From an uncultured Desulfovibrio sp. (GTDB lineage Bacteria; Desulfobacterota; Desulfovibrionia; Desulfovibrionales; Desulfovibrionaceae): DNA of 64,000 nucleotides. The stretch spans positions 48,657-112,656 of the forward strand of contig CALVHF010000002.1 of assembly GCA_944327295.1 (NCBI GenBank), given 5' to 3'. The notes beneath the pieces were generated by a model, which was not told the origin of the DNA, did not search any database, and saw only the letters and a program-made list of their open reading frames with translations. The translations under genes were made by a program, and so were the position numbers. Positions 48,776 to 58,744 of the stretch are shown here, piece after piece (within the stretch, counting starts at the first letter, position 1; each line of letters begins with the position of its first letter).

Positions 48776-50671
48776 ATGTACACCCTTGCCTTTGCTCTTC
48801 TGCTCCTGGCTCAGATTGCCTCCATTGCCGCTGCCGGCCTTGCCCTGATTCAGACATGGAACCACAGGACCACCGGCGTGGTCCTAGTGGAAAAAGCCCA
48901 TCTTGTTGTGAGCACGGCCTTCGGCCTTGCCTCCGGCATCCTGCTCTATGGTCTGGTCCAGCGTGACTACAGTCTGGAATACGTTGCAAGCTATACAGAC
49001 AATGCCCTCGAAACCTTTTACCGCCTGGCCGCCTTCTGGGCGGGCCAGCCCGGATCACTGCTCTTCTGGGCTCTGGCCGTGGCCATCTCTGGCTCGCTTT
49101 TCGCCCTGACCCGTTCCTATGCAGAACTGCCCGCAAGGACCAAGCTGTGGTACTGGATTTTCTTCTTTGCCATCACGGGTTTCTTTGCCACCCTGCTTGC
49201 CCTGTGGAGTAATCCTTTCATGCAGATTCACCCGGCACCGCAGGATGGACGGGGCCTGAATCCCCTGCTCCAGAATCCCGGCATGATTTTTCATCCCCCC
49301 CTGCTCTTCCTTGGCTACGGCGGCTTTACCGTTCCCGCCTGCGTGGCCCTGGCCCAGGGCGTATGCGGCAGGGAGGGACGTCCCTGGTATCAGACCACAC
49401 GAGTCTTCTTCATCACGGCCTGGTGCTTTCTCACTGCCGGCATCCTGCTCGGGGCCTGGTGGGCCTACATGGAACTCGGCTGGGGTGGCTACTGGGGCTG
49501 GGATCCTGTGGAAAACGCCTCCCTTATCCCCTGGCTCATCGGCACGGCCACCCTGCACACACTCATCATTGAACAGGGACGGGGCAAGCTCACACGCATC
49601 AATATTCTGCTCATCAGCCTGACGACCATTTCCGGCTTCTTTGCCACCTTCCTGGTCCGCAGCGGCATCATCGACTCCGTGCATGCCTTCGGCCAAGGTC
49701 CTGTCGGCGTGCCCCTGCTGATCTTCATGGCCTTTGCCCTTCTGGCCACGCTGCTCATTGTCCTTTTCTCGGAAAGGGGCCAAGGCAGTCTGGAAAATCC
49801 CTTCTCCCGCGAAGGAGCCCTCTGCCTAACAGCCTGGATCTTCCTTATTCTCGGCTTCATCATCCTGTGCGCCACCATGTGGCCGGTCATCAGCCGCCTG
49901 TGGAGCTCTGCCCCCATGGGCCTGGATGCCGATTTCTACAACAGGGTCTGCCTGCCCCTGGCCACCCTGCTTCTTGTTGTCATGGCGCTGTGCCCCTGGC
50001 TTTCCTGGAAGCTGGGCTTCAAGGACAAGAATGGGCTTGTCCTTGCCCTGGCCGGCGGCCTTGTTCTGGCCGGATGCGCCTGGTATCTTTCCTATGAGAA
50101 GCTCCATCCCCTTGTCAGCCAGTTTGCCGCAGGAGCCATCCTGCTTGGCTCTCTTGTCCTGGCAGCCAGAAGGCTGGCGCACAAGACTAGCTTCCGCCTG
50201 GGTACCCTGGGTTGCCATCTGGGTGTCGCCCTGTGTGCCGTGGGCATTGCCTTCTCCGGACCCTACAAGCTAACCCGCGACCTTGTTCTGGAAGAAGGAG
50301 AGAGCGCACAGATCGATGCCTATGAAGTCCGCCTCAAGTCCGCGGGCACAGGACGGGGTGTCGATTACGAATACCTGCGGGCAACCCTGGAAATCAGGGA
50401 CAGCTCCGGAACCCTGGTCAGCACCGTCTCTCCGGAAAAGCGCGCCTATGACAAGTTTGCGGGCATGTACTTCTCTGAAGTCGACGTGGCCAGCAGCTTT
50501 GGCAAGGAGGTCTATGCCTCGGTTTCCGGTCTGGACAGCAGAGGCAAAATCGTCGTCCAGGTCAGCATAGAACCCCTGGTGAGCTGGATCTGGGTTGGCG
50601 GCATCTTCATGTCCCTCATTCCCCTGCTCAATCTCCGGTCCAGAGGCAGGACAGACCAGAAGTCCGTCTGA
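48776..50671 (+). CDS. ccmF: Cytochrome c biogenesis heme lyase CcmF
   Basis: WAGQPGSLLFW, HPPLLFLGY, WAYMELGWGGYWGWDPVENAS (WWD domain) and SVHAF. Confidence 0.95.
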   Translation: MYTLAFALLLLAQIASIAAAGLALIQTWNHRTTGVVLVEKAHLVVSTAFGLASGILLYGLVQRDYSLEYVASYTDNALETFYRLAAFWAGQPGSLLFWALAVAISGSLFALTRSYAELPARTKLWYWIFFFAITGFFATLLALWSNPFMQIHPAPQDGRGLNPLLQNPGMIFHPPLLFLGYGGFTVPACVALAQGVCGREGRPWYQTTRVFFITAWCFLTAGILLGAWWAYMELGWGGYWGWDPVENASLIPWLIGTATLHTLIIEQGRGKLTRINILLISLTTISGFFATFLVRSGIIDSVHAFGQGPVGVPLLIFMAFALLATLLIVLFSERGQGSLENPFSREGALCLTAWIFLILGFIILCATMWPVISRLWSSAPMGLDADFYNRVCLPLATLLLVVMALCPWLSWKLGFKDKNGLVLALAGGLVLAGCAWYLSYEKLHPLVSQFAAGAILLGSLVLAARRLAHKTSFRLGTLGCHLGVALCAVGIAFSGPYKLTRDLVLEEGESAQIDAYEVRLKSAGTGRGVDYEYLRATLEIRDSSGTLVSTVSPEKRAYDKFAGMYFSEVDVASSFGKEVYASVSGLDSRGKIVVQVSIEPLVSWIWVGGIFMSLIPLLNLRSRGRTDQKSV

Positions 50672-50738
50672 CAGGCCCCTGCCTTCACGACTCTTTACCC
50701 ATTCCTGTGCACATACCCCTCCTTTGCAGGGCTTAAGT

Positions 50739-51416
50739 ATGATTACACTCAAGCACGTGAGCAAAAGCTTTGCGTCCAGGCTGCTCTTCAGGGATGTCAC
50801 GGCCTCCTTTGCCAGCGGAGCCGTGCATCTCATCCTCGGCAGAAACGGTTCCGGCAAATCCACGCTGCTGCGCCTCATCGGCGGCCTGAGCAGGGTTACT
50901 TCCGGATCAATCGTCTTTGCTAGGGAAGACGCGCGCATAGGCTATCTCGGACACGCCACCTTCCTCTATCCCAATCTGACAGCCTACGAGAATCTGGCCT
51001 TCTGGCAGAAGGCCTATGGCCAGAGTGCACAGGAACAGGCCATTCTGAAGATGCTCGCACATGTGGGGCTTACCCCCTTTGCCCACTCAAGGGTCGGTGT
51101 CTTCTCCCGCGGCATGGCCCAGCGTCTGAGCTTGGCCAGAGTCCTGCTGCTCAGGCCGGACATCTACCTGCTGGATGAACCGGAGACAGGACTGGACAAG
51201 ACGTCAAGAGTCCTTCTGCAGGACGAGATCCTCAAGGCCAGGGCAGACAATGCCTGCATTCTCTGGGTCAGTCATCTGGCCGAAGGACAGAGCCTGGCAG
51301 ACAGTATCTGCACCGTGCAGAAAAAGACCCTGGTCTGTCGGCAGGCACAGCCACAAGTCCAGATTGAGACAGGGGGCAGAACAAAAGACGCACAGAAGGG
51401 GGACGAACAATGCTGA
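50739..51416 (+). CDS. ccmA: Heme ABC exporter ATP-binding protein CcmA
   Basis: Walker A GRNGSGKST, signature FSRGMAQR, and Walker B YLLDEP. Confidence 0.9.
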   Translation: MITLKHVSKSFASRLLFRDVTASFASGAVHLILGRNGSGKSTLLRLIGGLSRVTSGSIVFAREDARIGYLGHATFLYPNLTAYENLAFWQKAYGQSAQEQAILKMLAHVGLTPFAHSRVGVFSRGMAQRLSLARVLLLRPDIYLLDEPETGLDKTSRVLLQDEILKARADNACILWVSHLAEGQSLADSICTVQKKTLVCRQAQPQVQIETGGRTKDAQKGDEQC

Positions 51417-52084
51417 AACTCGCCCTTGCCTTGGCCCGCAAGGACCTTTCCCTGGCCCTGCGCGGAGCTGGCCTTGTGCAGTCCATTCTGCTGGGCCTTC
51501 TTCTGGTCTTCATGTTCAGCCTGTCCCAAAAAACCGGCAGCCTGGCCTCGGGACAGATGGCTGCAGCCATCTTCTGGCTCTCCTCCCTCTTCTGCCAGAC
51601 TCTGGTCTTCAACATGCTCTTTGCCTTTGAGGAAACCCAGGGGGCCCGCACCTGTCTGCTCCTCTCCCCGGCTCCGGTCACGGACATCTTTCTCGGCAAG
51701 GCACTGGCAGGCTTTGTGCTCATTTTCCTGGCCCAGATACTCTTCTTCCCTGCCATCATCGTCTTTCTAGGGCAAACCGTTTCCCAGTCCTGGCCCATGG
51801 GTCTTCTCATGCTCTTCCTGGCAGACACGGGCCTGGCCTGCCTTGGCGCCCTGCTGGGAGCCCTCTCCCAGGGACAGACAGCCAGAGAGTCACTGCTGAG
51901 CCTGCTGGTCTTTCCACTGCTTGCTCCCCTGCTTCTTGCTGCCATCAGTGTCTTTGCTGCGGTCTTCGGTGAACAGGCAGGCGAGGACCCGACGTCCTGG
52001 ATTGGATTTTCCGCAGCCTTTGATGCCATTTTTCTGGCTATTGCCCTGATGCTCTTCCGTTTTGTGTACACAGGAGAGGACTAA
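51410..52084 (+). CDS. ccmB: Heme exporter permease CcmB
   Basis: KDLSLALR, FAFEETQG, RESLLSLLVFPL, and six TM helices. Confidence 0.88.
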   Translation: MLKLALALARKDLSLALRGAGLVQSILLGLLLVFMFSLSQKTGSLASGQMAAAIFWLSSLFCQTLVFNMLFAFEETQGARTCLLLSPAPVTDIFLGKALAGFVLIFLAQILFFPAIIVFLGQTVSQSWPMGLLMLFLADTGLACLGALLGALSQGQTARESLLSLLVFPLLAPLLLAAISVFAAVFGEQAGEDPTSWIGFSAAFDAIFLAIALMLFRFVYTGED

Positions 52085-52788
52085 TGTCCCTGAAACAGAT
52101 CCTTCCCGCACTTCTTGCCCTGGCCGGAGGCCTTCTTCTGGCGGCAGGCTGGTGGCTCATCTTCATGTACGCACCAACCGAAGCAATCATGGGTGCCATT
52201 CAGAAGATTTTCTATATTCATCTGCCACTCTCGTGGTGGGCCCTGTTCAGCTTCTTCCTCGTGTTCCTCTGCTCTGTGGCCTATCTTGTCCGTCCGGGGG
52301 AACATCTGGACCGCATTGCCCGATCCTGCGCCGAAATCGGTGTCCTTCTGACCACACTGACCCTTGTGACCGGCATGCTCTGGGGCCGCAAGGCTTGGGG
52401 TGTCTGGTGGACATGGGATCCCCGCCTGACAACGGCCCTGATCATGTGGTTCATCTATACAGCCTATCTTCTGCTGGGCGGCCTCAATCTCTCCGAACAG
52501 CGCCGCCGGATGGTGCGGGCCGTGGTGGGTATCGTGGCCTTTGCCGATGTGCCCCTTGTCTTTCTCTCGGCCAGGCTGTGGCGATCCATTCATCCGGCTG
52601 TCTTTGCCAACGAAAGCGGCGGCCTGGAACCGGAAATGAAGCTTGTGGCCCTGTTCTCCGTCCTTGCCATGGGCTTTTTCTGGCTTGGCCTCGTGCTTGT
52701 GCGCTGCCAGCAGCTCAAAAGCCAGGACCGCATCGAGGACCTGCTCTCTACGGAACAGAACAGGGAAGAGCAGACCGAACAGCTGTAG
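52084..52788 (+). CDS. ccmC: Heme exporter CcmC
   Basis: QKIFYIHLP, WGRKAWGVWWTWDPRLT (WWD) and RSIHP. Confidence 0.94.
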   Translation: MSLKQILPALLALAGGLLLAAGWWLIFMYAPTEAIMGAIQKIFYIHLPLSWWALFSFFLVFLCSVAYLVRPGEHLDRIARSCAEIGVLLTTLTLVTGMLWGRKAWGVWWTWDPRLTTALIMWFIYTAYLLLGGLNLSEQRRRMVRAVVGIVAFADVPLVFLSARLWRSIHPAVFANESGGLEPEMKLVALFSVLAMGFFWLGLVLVRCQQLKSQDRIEDLLSTEQNREEQTEQL

Positions 52789-52895
52789 CCATCCAGCCTG
52801 AAGGCATGTCCTGCCCAAGGCACTGGCACCACCCCCGTGCTCTTGTCAGGACATTCCTTCGAGCATTCATTGTTGCATAAATAAGGAGCGTAGTC

Positions 52896-53042
52896 ATGAC
52901 GGAACCCTGGGTCCTGTATGCCGGCATTGCCGTATGGGCCGGCCTCGGCGGTTATCTTGTCTTTCTTGCCATCAATCAGCAGCGCCTTGCCAGAAAGATC
53001 TCGCAGCTTGAGCAGCTGAAACTGGAAGACAACGAAGACTGA
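52896..53042 (+). CDS. ccmD: Heme exporter CcmD (48 aa)
   Basis: After a TAAGGAG RBS it reads MTEPWVLYAGIAVWAGLGGYLVFLAINQQRLARKISQLEQLKLEDNED*. One TM helix plus a charged tail, directly after ccmC. Confidence 0.85.
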   Translation: MTEPWVLYAGIAVWAGLGGYLVFLAINQQRLARKISQLEQLKLEDNED

Positions 53043-53189
53043 CCCCAGATCAGACAGTGCAGCCCTGCGTGCAGCTGCCTGCCCTGCCGGTACTCCCTTC
53101 GCAGCTCCATTCAAGCCCCCCCTATTCAGGAGGCAGATACTTGTATCCATATATAAGCATATACAGATACAAGCCTGCAAAAAATATCG

Positions 53190-53753
53190 ATGACTCAAAG
53201 CATTCAAAAACTGCTCATTCTTGTCCTGGCTGCAGGATTTTGCGTCATGCTGGGCGTGACCGTCAAAGAACGCATTACCAATCCCTCCCTGGTGCAGGAG
53301 ATTCCCCCTGCTCAGCCACAGAGTTCCAGACAGACCGAAGAAAGCCCCCTGGCCAGGCTGATGCGGGAAATGGGAGAGCAGCCCAACAATCCCGAAATCC
53401 TCATGGAACTTTCTGTCCAGCTCATAGCCCAGGGTAATTTTGAACAGGCGCAGATCCTTCTCGAGCGCACCAGAGTCCTGGATGTGAACAATGCCGACGT
53501 GCCCTATTACCAGGGGTATATAGCCTACCAGCTGAAGGACTATCCAAAGGCCGCACAGCTCATGGAAGAGTCACTGCGCATGAAGGATCGTGCCGAGGTT
53601 CACTACAGTCTGGGCAGCATCTATCGATATTTTCTCAAGGACACACCCAAGGCCCTTCTTCACTGGCAGCAGGGACTGCAGTCCCAGGACCTGACCGCCC
53701 CCCAGAAGATTCAGCTGCAGAATGAAATCACCAAGGTACAGCAGGCAGACTAG
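53190..53753 (+). CDS. Membrane-anchored TPR protein (CcmI/CcmH-like)
   Basis: N-terminal TM, TPR-like repeats (QPNNPEIL, NNADVPYYQG, AEVHYSLG), and ccm operon context. Confidence 0.7.
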   Translation: MTQSIQKLLILVLAAGFCVMLGVTVKERITNPSLVQEIPPAQPQSSRQTEESPLARLMREMGEQPNNPEILMELSVQLIAQGNFEQAQILLERTRVLDVNNADVPYYQGYIAYQLKDYPKAAQLMEESLRMKDRAEVHYSLGSIYRYFLKDTPKALLHWQQGLQSQDLTAPQKIQLQNEITKVQQAD

Positions 53754-53872
53754 CCTGCTGTACACACAAGATGCAGGGCTCCTGGCGCGCCTTGCATCTT
53801 CTTTTTTCTCGCTGTACTAAGCGCTATTGTTTGCGGCACCTCTCAGGCACTTCTACCCCACAGGATTTCCCT

Positions 53873-54565
53873 ATGGCCCAAAAGACCATATCCCGCGCCC
53901 CTGCTGCGCCAAGCCATGCCCCTGAGCCACAGAAAACAAGTCGGGTCTGCACAATGACCTACCCTGTTCTCGGCCTTCTGCTTGCCCTGACCTTCATCTG
54001 CGGCCTGCTTACAGGTTCTCTTCTGACCCAGGAGGCACCGCAGACGGCTCAGCACCAGCCCCCCTCCAGGCCGAGCACAGGCCAGCAGGCACAGCAGGCC
54101 ACAGTCTCCCAGCCCAAGCCGGCCATTTCTCCCCAAATGGCCAGCCGCATCAGCGAGCTGGAAAGGGAAGTCCTGCAGAATCCCAAGAACCGTGCAGCCC
54201 TGGTGAGCCTGGGGCATCTCTACTTTGACACTCATCAGCATCAGTTTGCCATTCAGGCCTATGAAAATGCCCTGGCACTGGATGGAAAGGATGCCGATGT
54301 GCTCACGGATCTCGGTGTCATGTACAGAGCTGTGGGCAAATTCGACAAGGCTCTTGAATGTTTCACCAGGGCCCAGAGCATCGAACCTGGACACGTGGTT
54401 GCCATGTTCAACCAGGGTGTTGTCCTGAACTTCGATCTGCACAAGCATGAGGAAGCCATCAGTGTCTGGCAGGAACTTGTCCGGCTGCATCCTCAGGCCA
54501 CAGGTCCAGACGGTACCCCGGTCAGCCAACTTATCAAGGAAATTTCCCTCCAGACCTCCAAGTAA
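53873..54565 (+). CDS. Membrane-anchored TPR protein
   Basis: TM helix, then TPRs (NPKNRAALVSLGHLY, DADVLTDLGVMY, HVVAMFNQG). Confidence 0.8.
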   Translation: MAQKTISRAPAAPSHAPEPQKTSRVCTMTYPVLGLLLALTFICGLLTGSLLTQEAPQTAQHQPPSRPSTGQQAQQATVSQPKPAISPQMASRISELEREVLQNPKNRAALVSLGHLYFDTHQHQFAIQAYENALALDGKDADVLTDLGVMYRAVGKFDKALECFTRAQSIEPGHVVAMFNQGVVLNFDLHKHEEAISVWQELVRLHPQATGPDGTPVSQLIKEISLQTSK

Positions 54566-54637
54566 GAGTTCTGCGGCAGTCTCCTCTCCCCTTTTCCATG
54601 CAAGGCACGTCACAACAGAGAGTCCAAGAGGGTTGAC

Positions 54638-57013
54638 ATGCATTTTCTCCTGAAATGTCTTTTTTCAGTGCTTTTCGTATTCTGCCTCCTGTCTGTACAG
54701 CCGGCATTTTGTGCCCCCAAAGAGGCAGGGACAGACAGTCCCCTCCCTCAGGCACAGAGAGATATCTCCCAGATACAGAAAGAGCTGCTTCCTGACAATC
54801 AGACATTTGTGCCTGCTCTTGTCCTGCAGGACAATCTGCTCTTGACGCCCTATCTCGAATACTATGTCGATCCGACCTTCTCGGTCGACATCAGTGAGAT
54901 TGCCACAGCCCAGTATGCGGACAAGTTCCAGCTCTTCAGTCCCGACCGCCTCCCCTTGTTCCAGACCGGGGTCACCTGGCTGCGCTTTGTGCTGCAGCCA
55001 GCTCAGGGCACTTCCGCTCCTGTCCCCCTTACCTTGGACATTGGCACCTCCGTACCCGGCAAAGCCATTCTCTATACCCCGAATCTTGCCAGCGGTTCCC
55101 TGGAATGGCAGGAAGGACACCCCACAGGAACCCTGCTGCAGTTGCCTCAGGCCGTCTCTGCCCCTCTTGTCTGCTACCTGCGTCTTGACGGTCTGCCTGG
55201 CTGGTGGTTTGCCCCCACTGTGCGCACCCTGCAAAGTGCCGCAGTAGTCGATACAGACAGGTATCATCAGGCAGCGCTTGTGGCTCTGGCCGTGGTCTTC
55301 ATCCTCTGCCTGCTCAAGGGGCTCTCCGAACCCGGACAGTGGCGTCTCTGGGCCCTGCTCTATCTTGCTGCCGCCCTGCTACAGACCTGGAGCGGCTTTG
55401 CTCCGGTCAATGCAGGATACTCGGCTCAGAGCCTGGCGGCTCTGACCTCGGCTGGCATCGCGCTCATGCTTTGGCCCCATGTGGCCCGCCACATTCTATC
55501 CAGCCGTCAGATTTCCCGTTTTCTGGATGCGCAGTTCATCCTTCTGTGCCTGCCTGGCGCTGCAGCAGCCCTGCTGCCCCTGGTTCCCAATTTCCAGTGG
55601 ATTGCCAGGTACATCCCCCTCTGGCCAGCCGCCATGGCGATCTTTGTGCCCTCGGCACTGTGGGCCGTCCTGTGTGGCGCCCCTGCCTGCCTGCGCTTCC
55701 TCTTTGCCACCGCCCTGCCGCCCTTTGCCGCAGCTGCCAGCATCCTGGGACTGCGCTTTGGCTTTGATCCCGAACTTCTGGCTGCCCTGCCCGCCTTCGG
55801 CACGGCTCTTGGTGCCCTCATTCTCCTTTCCCTGTCCAGAAGGCAGGACGCCCTTGTCACAGCCGATGTCAGGCAGGATCAGCAGCCGAGCACTGCAGGT
55901 GCCGCACTGGCCCTGGATCTGGGTCCGCATGCCGACACGGACCCAGAGCCCGTCGTCCTTGACGAGCCTGTCGAAGACTCCAGAGAAACACCCGGAGACA
56001 GAGAAGAGGATGGGCTGTACGGATCCATTCTCGCTCTGCTGAAAAAGACCGATGGATCCATTCGTGCTTGGCTGACTGATTCAGGCTGCCCTGATTCCTG
56101 CAAAAAGCCTACAGATACTCTGCTGTCCTCCCTGCAGGCACTGACCGGCGAGCTGGCCCGGTTGCAGGAAGAAGACCGCCTAGCTCGGGAAAATGCGCGG
56201 AAGATGCCTGTCATCCTGGTTTCCAGCGACAAGGCCTTCTGTGCTGTGCTCACGCACGTGCTGCGCAACCAGGACTGCTTTATCAGAGTGGCAGCCAATC
56301 TTGAGGAGGCCTTAACGTTCAGCAGGGAACGTGCGGCCAGAATGTACATCTTTGCAGGAGAATATGCCTCAGCCTCTGTGCTGCCGAGCCTGGTCGCATT
56401 GCGCAAATGCTGCCGGACTGCCGGCATAACGCCATGCTTTCTGGCCTATACCAAGGACGACAGCGAATGGCAGGCTCTTGGCGAGGCCGGCTTTACTCAT
56501 GCCCTGACGCTGCCCATTGATGACACCTCGCTCATCAATACGCTGGAAGAACTGCGTCAGGAAATGCAAAACGAACCTGTAGCCGACACTGTGGCAGCTC
56601 CCGCAGCAGAGCGGGAGGAGCAGGTTGTTCCTGACATCTTCGGAATATCGCAGCCTGTGCACTCGCCCAGGCCCGTCTCACCCAAGGATCAGCCACGAAT
56701 TGAACAGCCCGTGCGGAGCACCGGTCTTCCGGAACCGGTTTCGCTGGTAACTCAGGTTCAGGGAAAGGGGCTCTCTGAAGCACTACGAGCCGAACTCCGG
56801 CAGTATATCAGCCAGGCCAAGGTCTGCCTTGTGCGCAACAATCTGGCCGAGCTCACCGAGCAGATGCAGATCATTGCCGACAAGACCCGGGACATTCCCG
56901 CCATTTCCCGCATTGCGGAGCTGGTGATCAAGGCAGCTTCCAATACTGACAAGATGGCTGTCCGGGATCTTTTGATGGAGCTGACAGCCTCCATTGACCG
57001 CAGGCTTGGCTAA
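54638..57013 (+). CDS. 7TM-DISM-type membrane sensor with degenerate receiver and Hpt-like domains
   Basis: Signal peptide, a periplasmic domain (LTPYLEYYVDP...VTWLRF), about 7 TM helices, a receiver-like fold near residues 520-640, and a C-terminal helical bundle. Confidence 0.6.
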   Translation: MHFLLKCLFSVLFVFCLLSVQPAFCAPKEAGTDSPLPQAQRDISQIQKELLPDNQTFVPALVLQDNLLLTPYLEYYVDPTFSVDISEIATAQYADKFQLFSPDRLPLFQTGVTWLRFVLQPAQGTSAPVPLTLDIGTSVPGKAILYTPNLASGSLEWQEGHPTGTLLQLPQAVSAPLVCYLRLDGLPGWWFAPTVRTLQSAAVVDTDRYHQAALVALAVVFILCLLKGLSEPGQWRLWALLYLAAALLQTWSGFAPVNAGYSAQSLAALTSAGIALMLWPHVARHILSSRQISRFLDAQFILLCLPGAAAALLPLVPNFQWIARYIPLWPAAMAIFVPSALWAVLCGAPACLRFLFATALPPFAAAASILGLRFGFDPELLAALPAFGTALGALILLSLSRRQDALVTADVRQDQQPSTAGAALALDLGPHADTDPEPVVLDEPVEDSRETPGDREEDGLYGSILALLKKTDGSIRAWLTDSGCPDSCKKPTDTLLSSLQALTGELARLQEEDRLARENARKMPVILVSSDKAFCAVLTHVLRNQDCFIRVAANLEEALTFSRERAARMYIFAGEYASASVLPSLVALRKCCRTAGITPCFLAYTKDDSEWQALGEAGFTHALTLPIDDTSLINTLEELRQEMQNEPVADTVAAPAAEREEQVVPDIFGISQPVHSPRPVSPKDQPRIEQPVRSTGLPEPVSLVTQVQGKGLSEALRAELRQYISQAKVCLVRNNLAELTEQMQIIADKTRDIPAISRIAELVIKAASNTDKMAVRDLLMELTASIDRRLG

Positions 57014-57054
57014 ACTCGAGGCTCACATCTGCAGTTCGCACACTTTTTCCACTC

Positions 57055-57081
57055 AAGCCCGTGTCACAACGGGCTTTTTTT
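57055..57081 (+). terminator. Intrinsic terminator after the sensor gene
   Basis: AAGCCCGT-GTCACA-ACGGGCTT followed by a T run. This makes the track start of cls (57061) unlikely. Confidence 0.7.
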
Positions 57082-57114
57082 ACATTTTCACCATTTTTCA
57101 GGTACGGTAGCCTT

Positions 57115-58536
57115 GTGGTTCTCATAACGATACTGCAGATCGGTCTCCTCTTCTTTCATCTCCTGGCCTGGTGTGCCGTTGTGCATATCCTGCTGACCAA
57201 GCGAGACCCGCGATCGGCCTTTGGGTGGACAGCAGTCCTCCTGCTTGTCCCGTTCCTCGGGCTCTTTCTCTATGTCCTCTTCGGTATCAGTCGCACCCAG
57301 AGCAGAGCCGCAGCCATCATGCGCAGGCACGCCGACCTGCTGCCCGCCTATGCCCATCCTCCGCTTGCAGACATTCCTCCGAGCCTGCCCGTCTTTCTCA
57401 CACACATGGAACATCTCGGCCGTTCCCTGACCAGACAGCACCTGTCGCCGGGGAACAGCATCGAGCCCCTTTTCAACGGCAATGAGGCCTATCCATGCAT
57501 GCTGGAAGCCATTGAGCAGGCTCGGGAACATGTGCTCCTTGTGACCTATATCTTCAATGACGGACGCATTGCCGGACGCTTTTGCAATGCACTCATTGCA
57601 GCAGCCCGAAGAGGAGTTGATGTCAGGGTGCTTGTGGATGGTGTGGGCCGCTTCTACACACTGAACTCGCCCCTGAGCAGACTGGCTGGCCACGGCGTCC
57701 GCGTGGCCACCTTTCTGCCTCCGAGCCTTGTTCCGCCCAACCTGATGATCAACCTCCGCAACCACAGAAAGATCCTTGTCTGCGACGATGTGGGCTTTAC
57801 CGGAGGTATGAACATTGCCGATTACCACGTGGTGAAGGCTGGGGAAAAAAATGCCGCACAGGACATACAGTTCCGCTGTACCGGTCCTGTTGTTCTCCAA
57901 CTCTACAGGGCCTTTCTGCTCGACTGGGGCGTTGCCACACAGCAGTACGACAAGATGCTGCCCGTCCTCAAGCCACGCCAGCAGGGCAGCTGCTTCTGCC
58001 GTATCGTGCTGGACGGCCCCGGCACAGGCTCTGATCCCCTAAACGATCTCATTGCCGGCAGCATCAGCAATGCCCTCTCCACCGTGACCATCATGACACC
58101 CTATTTTCTGCCGACCCGGGAAATCATGGCCGTTCTGCGCATTGCCGCCGAAAAAGGCGTTCAGGTCCGCATCATCCTGCCCGCCAAAAACAACCTGATC
58201 TATGTCCACTGGGCATCGCTGCGGGTCATGCCGGATCTGTTGCAGGCAGGGGTGCGCATCTTCTTTCAGCCTCCGCCCTTTGCTCATACAAAGCTCCTCT
58301 GCATTGACAACTACTACTGCCAGATAGGCTCTGCAAATTACGATTCCCGCAGTCTCCGTCTCAACTTCGAGCTCAACACCGAAGTCTTTGACAAGGACTT
58401 CAATGCAAAGATGACGGCTTTTTGTGAAAGTGTCCTTGAAAAAAGCAGAGAACTGCAATTGTCCGATCTGGAAAACATGTCCCTGCCTGCCAAGATCCGC
58501 AGTTCTATCTTCTGGCTTTTTTCTCCCTATCTCTAG
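57115..58536 (+). CDS. cls: Cardiolipin synthase (PLD family)
   Basis: Two N-terminal TMs with RSAFGW, and two HKD motifs (NHRKILVCD, HTKLLCID...GSANYD). GTG start at 57115 is inferred. Confidence 0.92.
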   Translation: MVLITILQIGLLFFHLLAWCAVVHILLTKRDPRSAFGWTAVLLLVPFLGLFLYVLFGISRTQSRAAAIMRRHADLLPAYAHPPLADIPPSLPVFLTHMEHLGRSLTRQHLSPGNSIEPLFNGNEAYPCMLEAIEQAREHVLLVTYIFNDGRIAGRFCNALIAAARRGVDVRVLVDGVGRFYTLNSPLSRLAGHGVRVATFLPPSLVPPNLMINLRNHRKILVCDDVGFTGGMNIADYHVVKAGEKNAAQDIQFRCTGPVVLQLYRAFLLDWGVATQQYDKMLPVLKPRQQGSCFCRIVLDGPGTGSDPLNDLIAGSISNALSTVTIMTPYFLPTREIMAVLRIAAEKGVQVRIILPAKNNLIYVHWASLRVMPDLLQAGVRIFFQPPPFAHTKLLCIDNYYCQIGSANYDSRSLRLNFELNTEVFDKDFNAKMTAFCESVLEKSRELQLSDLENMSLPAKIRSSIFWLFSPYL

Positions 58537-58744
58537 AAGACATGTACAAAAGAAAAACACAGAATCACATTATAAAGCACACAGATTTCAACACATTTCG
58601 AGAGTGGAACTCAAATCTAGGTTACACTCTCCACATTTCTACATAGAACAAACATTCATGTCACAGCACGGACATGCTGAAAGGCGGAAGGAACGATCCT
58701 TTCGGACCGCCCCTTCTGCCTTCTTTATACCTTTGGGAACAGGG

